Shown piece after piece: positions 1 to 8,390 of a stretch of 64,000 bases of DNA. Origin of the DNA: a virus. The translations under genes and the position numbers were made by a program. The stretch is taken from IMG/VR virus record IMGVR_UViG_3300025705_000581; one strand, written 5' to 3'. A model generated the notes under the pieces. That model did no database searches and had not been told where the DNA came from. It saw nothing but the letters and a program-made list of their open reading frames with translations. Within the stretch, counting starts at the first letter, position 1. The number at the start of each line of letters is the position of its first letter.

Positions 1-3000
1 CCAATAGTGTCTACCACAGGCCGTGCCATTACTATCACGGTAATAAATTTCACCATGGTCGTCGTTGTTAGAACGGATGTTGAACGTGTCGCCATCATCG
101 TCATAAAGATCCCAACCGTCATTAAACTCAAGGAAGTTAATTAGGATTGAGTTGAAACGTGAAGTTGATGCAAAGTCTCCGTAATAAGCACTGTCGTTTG
201 AGTCGTAATAACGGCCTGCATACATTGATCCGCCGTTTGTACTGTTTTCATCAAGTACAGGAATTGTTCTCCAAGATCTAAACGAACTACCCCAAGTTGA
301 GCGGAACCGAAGGTTTGTAATCGGACCACCGACCATTTGCCAACCATAACGGTTGCTACCGTTTGAGTAGTGGTATGCTTGAACACCAACCCAGTGAGAT
401 GTACCTGAAGGCTGGTTACCAGGGTTTGACCATGAGTCAATAAATCCTGAACCCCAGTCAGCAACAGCGGTGGTCATATCCTGGGTGCCCCAACCCATGG
501 CGCCTGTCCAATAGTCGGAGTTACTTGTAATACGAATACGAGCACGATAGTATTCACCACTATCACGAGTATGCCCAGGCATTGATAGGTAAGACATTGT
601 TTGGTAGTCTACACCACGGAAACGAGTAGAGTTTGTTGAACCGCCGTTAAACATACCAAAGGTATCATTTGAGTCATACCATAATTGGCCGCGTGCCGAT
701 GAACCTTCAAACAGACCGTAGTCAGCGCTAACAATTCTAAATCTCCAACTTCCACCGTTATTAAGGAAACCAATGTTGTTGCCATTATTGGCATACACAT
801 AGCCACGAGTGGTACCACCATACTCATCTCTAAACCTAATACCGTTTGCGGCTGAGCCGCCACCGATGTTCCAATAATCGTCATCATCAGAATAAAAATG
901 CTGTCCTGTGGCTTGGTTATAAAGGCCTTCGCCAGAGTTATCATTACGGAACCAATTACGAGCATAGAATTCGTTGGCACGAACACCTGTGTTAAAGTTA
1001 GAGAAGTCTGATGGATCACAATAATAACCAGTGTTGTTACTATCATAAAAGATTGGTGCTCGGAGTGATCCTGATGCTTGCGTTACACCGTCATTTCTTG
1101 CTTGGAATACCCAAGTGTTTGTAATAGCGCCTGCCCCGGCACCGTGTTGACCGAGGTATATACCAGCTTCGTTTCCGTTATTATTATTTGAGTCGGCGTT
1201 AAAATAGAAGTTGTGATACGAGTTAAATCTCAAATCATCAGATATCCCTCCGCTACTATCACGCGATGTAATTGAATGGTTATCTGAATCATTACCATAG
1301 AATGTGATAAAGTCTCCACGGTCACGCATATCAAGCCTATCAGCACGAATTGTAACCATTTCGGATGTGGCATTTGGATTTACAAAGTAGCCTGTGTTAT
1401 TACTATCATAAAAGATTGGTGCTCTTAGTGATGAGCCAGCTTGTAAGCTATTATTAACATAGACGTTATTTCCACCTAAAGGATCAGAACCGTTATTGAC
1501 TGACATAACCTGAGTAGCCATTGTATAGTCATCGTAGAAACGCATACCTTGATACCCAGAGTTTGCACCAAACTTAATACCAGTATGGAAAGCAATTCTT
1601 ACATCAGGGTATGGGTTAGACCAACCACCAGCTTCACGGTAAATTGCGTATGCGGTAGATCTTCCTGAATCCCAATACATACCAAACCCATCATCTGAAG
1701 TTACTGAACCGTCATTGGTAAAGTAATTGCCTCGGACGACGTTCATTCTAGTGGTTGAGGCTGGGTCTACATAATAACCGGTGTCATTTCGGTCATACAT
1801 AATCGGTGTATCAATTCTTGAATTGAACAACGTCTGACCGTCGCCACGCATAATAACATTCCATGCACCACCTACACCGCCATCGCGGAATGAGATATCC
1901 TCACCACCTGATGTTGCAATAATTAAGTGAGCGTCATTTGTTTCTGTGGCTTGGATATAACCACGGGTGGATCCTGTTGATGTTTGGAAATGAGCAATAC
2001 CACCACTAACATGGTATGTGGTATTAACATTAATTTGGTTCATACGTGAAGTTGATGCAAAGTTACCATAATAACCTGTATTATCTAGGTCATAGAATAT
2101 CGGTGCACGGAACGAACCGTTTTGTGATACATATCCATCTGAGTTATAAAGACGGTGACCGTATGTTAGTTTCCAATGTTTTGTTGGATAAGAGTCATTA
2201 CCACCTAATGCAACATACATCCCGGTATCATTATCACCCCAACCACTTGCTCTTTTATAAAGACCCACGTTCATATGAGTTCTATAACCTGAGTTATACA
2301 AAGCAGTTGTATGTATAAGTGGTAAGAACGTATCTGTTGTTCCTACATTTGTATCACGGTTTCTTGTTGAAATAGGAGCATTTGTTAAGCTTGTAACGAC
2401 GGTTGCATCATAATCTAATACGTTATCAATATACATAATACCGTTGAATGTCGCTGTACTTGCAGTACTTAGTGCACCATTCAGCGTTAAGTTATTAAAT
2501 ACTGAGGTACTCGCCATGTTTGCGTAGTAGCCTGTATTATCTTGGTCATAGAAAATTGGTGCTCGGTAAGAACCGCGAGCTAGCATATAACCGCTTGCTG
2601 ATTGTTCTTCCCACTGACCATTATAATACAATTCAGTACGGCCATTGTCAAACCATCTTGTCATCCATTCGTTGCGTGTATCGTTATAGATACCTGCTTC
2701 TCCTGAACCATTTGACATAAAGACCCAGTCATCACGGATTGCGTAACCAGCCCAAGTACTTGTTTTATCACCTTCAACTCTAATTGAACCGTACTCACCT
2801 GACGGTGAGTCAATTATGTATTCCGAACCATCAAGCTGAATTTGATTAACACGAATAACATTCATACGTGAGGTTGATGCAAAGTCACCATAGTAATCGG
2901 TGTTGTCTGAGTCATAGAAAATTGGTGAACGGAATTGAGTAGGAGCGATAGCATAACCTGCTCTTGTTTCCAATTGTACTACGTTATGCGCATATAGTTT

Positions 3001-6000
3001 AATCTTGTTGGTGTTACCATTTGATCCATCGTTCTGCGCAACAATAATATTATGAGAACCGCTAGAACCACCTCTAAGGTGAAGACCGCGATAAGTATTC
3101 CAATACATACCATCAAAGCCAGTTGCAGCTGCGCCACGGGCACCAGGTCCACCATAATAATCGTTCCATAGAACGTGGTTTGAATCAGTACCGCCATTAA
3201 ACCATATGCTGTTATGTGTATAAGCACGATTTAATTTTAAACCATAATTTCTTATTTCTACATTATGTAAAACTGATGAGCTATTAGGATCAACATAATA
3301 GTTGCCATCGTCTGCATCAACAAATCTCTGAGCATGGGAATAACGGCCAGTGAATGTATCACCGTCAGACTCAATACGGAAACGCGATGTTCCTGCACCT
3401 GTTCCTGTTGTGAAGTGGAGATTACCACCGGTGTTGGTTGTCAAATCATTTGGAGATTCATAAATCTTCCAATCATTGCCACCTTTCCAACGAATACCTT
3501 CTTGAGGACCTGGATCATTGAATGAAAGATTGTTTAGATTTTCAATTGAACCGTTTGTCCAATCCCAAGAACCTGCAACCTTACCACCCGAGGCAGGGTT
3601 CATAAAGTAAGCAGTATTATCTGTATCTCTAAAGTTACTTGCATCAACTATATTCATTTTAGATGTGCTTGATGGATCAACGTAATAAGAATTATTATCA
3701 GAGTCAATCATACTTGCAGCATAAATGCTATCAGGTGTGCGGATACGGTTTTGAATATTTGAGCGTTTTAGAATTGGTGGACCGTACTCACGAAGAGCAC
3801 CACCTGTGCTGTAATTCATTAATAGACGGATACGAATGTATTTACAACCTGCGCCATCAGAACCATCATAAACTGTATGACTTGTTGGGATTGTTGTATA
3901 TCCACGGTATGTTTGCCACGAAGTAGATGTTTGGTTTTGGTTACTTGCAACAAAGTATGTTGTACCAGTATTACTAGTAATAGGCTTTTTATCTTTATCA
4001 AATCGTTCGATACCATAATATACAACACCGCCTGAGCCAGATATTGTTCTTACTGAAATCTCACCGTAAATTTCTTCACCAGGTTCAACAGGAATATAGT
4101 CAGAATAGAAATCACGGTATCCCGATGTTCTTAGTGCGTAACTTGCAGAGAATGGGCCGTTACCGTTTTTAACGTATTCACTTGTTACAGTAGTCGGTCC
4201 ATTTTCAGCACCTTGCAATGCTTTGATTGCACGCTTTTCCCAATACTCAGTTCCGTCAAATACCATTGTCTCGGCCATACCTGGTCCATAAACTGGGTTC
4301 AATGATATGTTTTCATTACCTGCGTTTAGGTTATAGTTTGAGGCAGCCATTTCACCATCAATGAGCATATCACCGTCTTCATTAATACGTGCTCTATCGC
4401 CAATACCGTTGAAGTGAATAATAAAGGCATCTCTATCGCCTGATCCTGAATTGTAATTATCGTGGACAAGCCATGGGTAATTTCCGTTGTTTGCAAACGA
4501 GAGGGCGCTGTTACGCAAACCTGCAAGATATCTGTTATTGTGCCAAATTCCTAATGGATATGATCCACCGATATAGTCACCTTGGTTACCGAGTGCCAAT
4601 TGGTTCATACGAGATTTTGCATTAAAGTCACCACGATAGGCAGTATCGTCACTATCATAATAAATTGGTGAACGCATTTGAACAGGTGCTAAGGCATAAC
4701 CGACTTCTGCTGAAATTTGGTGAACACCATTTCCATACAAACGAGTCCAACTGTTTCTATCAGCATATAATACCCACTCATTATCAGTATCGTTATAAAG
4801 ACCCATATTGGACAAGCTGTCTGACATAAACACCCAGTCATTTTCAATGGCATAACCTGCGTAACCGCCTTTGCCACCTTGTACCATAATAGTACCGTAC
4901 TCTCCTGATGGTGAGTCAATAATATATGATGTTTGGTCCATTTGAATTTGATTTAGGTGAACAACATTCATACGTGAAGTTGATGCAAAGTCACCAAAGT
5001 AAGAAATATTGTTTGAGTCAACAAATTTTGGTGCACGCATTTCTCCGGTGTGAGAAATCCTGTCCGCATTAATAACTGTATGGTTTGCGCCGTCGGTATA
5101 GAATTTATAACCAACATCAGAGTTGAACCACATATGGTCACTCTCAATACCGATTGAGTAATCTCTACCTGATCCAATAGGATAAAGAATTAATCTTGCA
5201 CCTGTTGTGGCATCGGTAGTCGTTGGAGCTGTTGGTGTTTCGGTATCAAATTCAATCTGATGCATAACAGACTTGCCGGCAAAATCACCATAATAGTCAT
5301 TATCATCATAGTCATAGTATATTGGGAAATAGGCATAAGAAGTTGCGTCAACGGCAAATGCACCACCATCGTGGTAAGTAGGCTTATTAAAAAAGAACCT
5401 AGCACGGTCAGTATCAAAATGCGAATACGTTGCATCCATTGGACCAATATCAACACGACCAGTTGGTGTTGAGAATCTATGAGCAGAGTTAGTATTTGGG
5501 TTCCAACTATAATCTGTATCGGCGCTATCTTTAAAGATTGGCGCACGGATTTCGTGGTCAATTTGAGCATATGTATTATTAATAACAGCACGGCGTGTTC
5601 CACCTGTGTAGAATACTTGCTGATCTGCGGCATCAAAACCAAAATAGTTATTTGTATCACCTTTATGGATAATATAATCATCAAGCTCAATTTGATTCAT
5701 TACTGACGTGCCAGCAAACTCACCTTTATAAGCGGTGTCAGTATAATCGTAATAAATTTCGGCATACATATTACCAGCGGTTGAAATGTTTTTACCGTTA
5801 CGTACTTTAACGTCATTGGCATCGGTCATATAGAAACCGCCGCCTTGACCAAAACCAAGCTCATTATTTTTAAAGAACGAGGCAGTACCGTTACCTACAA
5901 CATAAGCATCATTATCGCTATTTAATTGAACTGATCCGTTGACGTGTAGTTTATTATCTGTATTAGCACCAACAAGCGGTGTCATATCACCTTGAGTATA

Positions 6001-8349
6001 TTGTGCAGTTTGGTCACCGACAATAACATCACCTGTGCTTGTATCGGCACTTAACGTAAAGTTTGCACTTGAGTCAATGATGTAGAAACCTGCATCACCT
6101 TCCATAACATTGTAAATATTTCTAAACTGGTCACCACGAATGGATAGGTCAGTTGTATCACCATCACTGAAATCAACATATCGGTTTGTCGAAGCAAATG
6201 GGTTTGGTCCCATCGTAGAAGTTTGTTTAATACTCAATGGTGATGTTGGAGCAACATTAATACCGAAGCTTACACCTGTCTGTAATGCAGTTGAACTTGA
6301 GTCAAGTGTTTTTACTCCACCTACAACCAATTCAAAATTATCATCGGAGTCATATCCGAAATAAGTATCAGGATCGCCGTTGTGTTTGATATAATCATTT
6401 ATGATTACGTTATTCGTAAATGTGGTTGCAGCATCTGTAATTTCAACTCTAACTGCGCCACCTGTTGATAAATCAATTTGATCCGTACCAAATGATAGTT
6501 TAGTATCGGTATCACCATTATGGAAAAGATCGCTGTCAATTCCAACCGTATTTAATACTGATGTACCTGCAGGATCAACAAGATATGCATTGTTGTCAGA
6601 GTCAACAAATCTTGGTGCCACTACATCAACTGATGCTGTAACTGCGGTATTAGCAATCTCTAATCTTGTTACTCCGCCTGTGTCCAAATTAATTGTGTTA
6701 GTACCGAATGATAGTTTAGTATCGGTATCACCATTATGGAACAAATCATCGTCCAAGCCGATTGAGTGCAAAACAGATTCATCACCAGGATGTAGATAAT
6801 ATGTAATTGCATCTCGGTCATAATAAATTGGTGCATAAACAGGTAATGTAAATTCCGCGTCATTATTTGAAAGTGCAAACCTTGTTGCTCCGCCTGTGTC
6901 AAAACTTACGGTGTTTGATCCAAAGTTCATAAACGTATTAGTGTTGCCGTTGTGGAATATTTTCTGGTCAATACCAACGTCGTGTAGAACCGAGTCACCA
7001 GCAGGATCAACAAAATAGCTGTTGTCATCAGCATCTACAAACCTTGGAGCAATTGCATCGCCTGTGCTTGTGATGGTACCGGTTATTTCTGTTCCTGTTG
7101 TGCTTACATCAATTTGCTTTACACCGTTGAGGTATAGTACCCAACTATCATCGGCATCAAAACCAAAATATGAATTTAAATCACCATTGTGGCTAACGTA
7201 ATCATCAATAGATATTGAGGCAAGTACTGACCCGCTCGCAGGATCGACAAGATAAGTATTATCATCGGCATCTACAAATTGTTTTGCAACTATGTTATTA
7301 TCAACAACCCAATCAAAATTTGTATTTAATTGAGCACCATAGTTTTGGTCAGGCTTTAAGAAACCAACCACGCCATTGTTTGAATAAAGTACACCGTTTG
7401 TACCTGTACCGTCAAGGTTAATTCTTGCCCCACCGACATTATCACCAATAGTTAAGCTGCCTTCAATAGTGATATTACCTGTTGCGGTATCATCAGCATC
7501 TGAACGAAGAAACTGTTCCGCTTCTAAACCATCAACAGTATCAGCGTCAAATCCATTATTCGCACCTTCGTCTGCTGTAGTGATAATTCGTCCAAGGTCT
7601 GTTCCATCTGAAATAAGTTTAAAATAATCATTTGTTTCGTCCCATTGTAAAGATGAAGTTGATTCATCACCACGAAGAACTTCCCAACCAGCATTTTCTG
7701 ATGGCGTACCTGTTGTAAAATTAGAATTAAGAGTAAGAATATTATCAGCAATTAAAACGGTTTCAGTATTTACAGTAGTCGTTGTACCATTAATTGTTAG
7801 GTTACCGGTGATGATATAGTCACCATCCAAAGTATCGTCAGTGTCTGAACGCACAAATTGCGTTGAATCTAAGCCATCAAGTAAGTCGGCATCAAGGCCT
7901 GATCCTGTACCGTCGTTTCCTGCGTTCCAAAATACGTTACCCAGGTATGTTGGTTCACGTTTGAAATCAATACCGCCGCTATCAAACTCCAGATCAACAA
8001 TATCATTATAAAGAATTTGAATACCAGGTGTTCCATCATAAAATATGATAGAGTTATCTTGACCTGTGTTTGTAAGTTTATAGTCGCCTGCGGAAATATA
8101 TTGAATTTCCATTGCGTCTTGTGCTTCACCACGGAACCTTGCAACAATAGGGTTATTGAGAAGTCCTGCATCATTGAAAATATCAATAGATGGTGTAGAA
8201 CCAGTCGATTGCTGAACCGTTAATTGTCCTGAAAGTTTACTTGGTCCTGTGACCTGAAGTTTATTTGTACCATCATCGGTAGTGGTACCTACAACAACAT
8301 TATTTTGGGTCTGCAGACCATTCTTTACTATAAATTTCTTATCGGCCAC
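1..8349 (-). CDS. Giant repeat-built tail fibre protein, at least 2783 aa, 3' end outside the window (not in ORF track)
   Basis: GTG at 8349-8347 preceded by GGGGAG SD. Hand translation gives MADKKFIVKNGLQTQNN...GSGLDADLLDG... Frame spot-checked open near 8349-7450, 4380-3780 and 180-1 (...DHGEIYYRDSNGTACGRHYW). The track lists no stop-terminated ORF in this frame. About 19 copies of an R(A/S)PIFYDSDNTGYYxD(P/F)ASTS-type repeat. Confidence 0.9.
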   Translation of the reverse strand, partial: MADKKFIVKNGLQTQNNVVVGTTTDDGTNKLQVTGPSKLSGQLTVQQSTGSTPSIDIFNDAGLLNNPIVARFRGEAQDAMEIQYISAGDYKLTNTGQDNSIIFYDGTPGIQILYNDIVDLEFDSGGIDFKREPTYLGNVFWNAGNDGTGSGLDADLLDGLDSTQFVRSDTDDTLDGDYIITGNLTINGTTTTVNTETVLIADNILTLNSNFTTGTPSENAGWEVLRGDESTSSLQWDETNDYFKLISDGTDLGRIITTADEGANNGFDADTVDGLEAEQFLRSDADDTATGNITIEGSLTIGDNVGGARINLDGTGTNGVLYSNNGVVGFLKPDQNYGAQLNTNFDWVVDNNIVAKQFVDADDNTYLVDPASGSVLASISIDDYVSHNGDLNSYFGFDADDSWVLYLNGVKQIDVSTTGTEITGTITSTGDAIAPRFVDADDNSYFVDPAGDSVLHDVGIDQKIFHNGNTNTFMNFGSNTVSFDTGGATRFALSNNDAEFTLPVYAPIYYDRDAITYYLHPGDESVLHSIGLDDDLFHNGDTDTKLSFGTNTINLDTGGVTRLEIANTAVTASVDVVAPRFVDSDNNAYLVDPAGTSVLNTVGIDSDLFHNGDTDTKLSFGTDQIDLSTGGAVRVEITDAATTFTNNVIINDYIKHNGDPDTYFGYDSDDNFELVVGGVKTLDSSSTALQTGVSFGINVAPTSPLSIKQTSTMGPNPFASTNRYVDFSDGDTTDLSIRGDQFRNIYNVMEGDAGFYIIDSSANFTLSADTSTGDVIVGDQTAQYTQGDMTPLVGANTDNKLHVNGSVQLNSDNDAYVVGNGTASFFKNNELGFGQGGGFYMTDANDVKVRNGKNISTAGNMYAEIYYDYTDTAYKGEFAGTSVMNQIELDDYIIHKGDTNNYFGFDAADQQVFYTGGTRRAVINNTYAQIDHEIRAPIFKDSADTDYSWNPNTNSAHRFSTPTGRVDIGPMDATYSHFDTDRARFFFNKPTYHDGGAFAVDATSYAYFPIYYDYDDNDYYGDFAGKSVMHQIEFDTETPTAPTTTDATTGARLILYPIGSGRDYSIGIESDHMWFNSDVGYKFYTDGANHTVINADRISHTGEMRAPKFVDSNNISYFGDFASTSRMNVVHLNQIQMDQTSYIIDSPSGEYGTIMVQGGKGGYAGYAIENDWVFMSDSLSNMGLYNDTDNEWVLYADRNSWTRLYGNGVHQISAEVGYALAPVQMRSPIYYDSDDTAYRGDFNAKSRMNQLALGNQGDYIGGSYPLGIWHNNRYLAGLRNSALSFANNGNYPWLVHDNYNSGSGDRDAFIIHFNGIGDRARINEDGDMLIDGEMAASNYNLNAGNENISLNPVYGPGMAETMVFDGTEYWEKRAIKALQGAENGPTTVTSEYVKNGNGPFSASYALRTSGYRDFYSDYIPVEPGEEIYGEISVRTISGSGGVVYYGIERFDKDKKPITSNTGTTYFVASNQNQTSTSWQTYRGYTTIPTSHTVYDGSDGAGCKYIRIRLLMNYSTGGALREYGPPILKRSNIQNRIRTPDSIYAASMIDSDNNSYYVDPSSTSKMNIVDASNFRDTDNTAYFMNPASGGKVAGSWDWTNGSIENLNNLSFNDPGPQEGIRWKGGNDWKIYESPNDLTTNTGGNLHFTTGTGAGTSRFRIESDGDTFTGRYSHAQRFVDADDGNYYVDPNSSSVLHNVEIRNYGLKLNRAYTHNSIWFNGGTDSNHVLWNDYYGGPGARGAAATGFDGMYWNTYRGLHLRGGSSGSHNIIVAQNDGSNGNTNKIKLYAHNVVQLETRAGYAIAPTQFRSPIFYDSDNTDYYGDFASTSRMNVIRVNQIQLDGSEYIIDSPSGEYGSIRVEGDKTSTWAGYAIRDDWVFMSNGSGEAGIYNDTRNEWMTRWFDNGRTELYYNGQWEEQSASGYMLARGSYRAPIFYDQDNTGYYANMASTSVFNNLTLNGALSTASTATFNGIMYIDNVLDYDATVVTSLTNAPISTRNRDTNVGTTDTFLPLIHTTALYNSGYRTHMNVGLYKRASGWGDNDTGMYVALGGNDSYPTKHWKLTYGHRLYNSDGYVSQNGSFRAPIFYDLDNTGYYGNFASTSRMNQINVNTTYHVSGGIAHFQTSTGSTRGYIQATETNDAHLIIATSGGEDISFRDGGVGGAWNVIMRGDGQTLFNSRIDTPIMYDRNDTGYYVDPASTTRMNVVRGNYFTNDGSVTSDDGFGMYWDSGRSTAYAIYREAGGWSNPYPDVRIAFHTGIKFGANSGYQGMRFYDDYTMATQVMSVNNGSDPLGGNNVYVNNSLQAGSSLRAPIFYDSNNTGYFVNPNATSEMVTIRADRLDMRDRGDFITFYGNDSDNHSITSRDSSGGISDDLRFNSYHNFYFNADSNNNNGNEAGIYLGQHGAGAGAITNTWVFQARNDGVTQASGSLRAPIFYDSNNTGYYCDPSDFSNFNTGVRANEFYARNWFRNDNSGEGLYNQATGQHFYSDDDDYWNIGGGSAANGIRFRDEYGGTTRGYVYANNGNNIGFLNNGGSWRFRIVSADYGLFEGSSARGQLWYDSNDTFGMFNGGSTNSTRFRGVDYQTMSYLSMPGHTRDSGEYYRARIRITSNSDYWTGAMGWGTQDMTTAVADWGSGFIDSWSNPGNQPSGTSHWVGVQAYHYSNGSNRYGWQMVGGPITNLRFRSTWGSSFRSWRTIPVLDENSTNGGSMYAGRYYDSNDSAYYGDFASTSRFNSILINFLEFNDGWDLYDDDGDTFNIRSNNDDHGEIYYRDSNGTACGRHYW

Positions 8350-8382
8350 GGTTCACTCTCCCCAGTTGGCGTTATTTTTATC

Positions 8383-8390
8383 TATTTATA
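8383..8390 (-). promoter_or_regulatory. T4-type late promoter TATAAATA
   Basis: Exact consensus about 35 nt upstream of the giant fibre GTG; overlaps the stop codon of the 807-aa gene. Confidence 0.75.

Noticed and set aside
141-8223. Many 60-170-aa ORFs in the track on both strands
   Set aside because: All are alternative-frame or antisense shadows of the single open minus-strand fibre frame starting at 8349; they lack SD sites and coherent sequence
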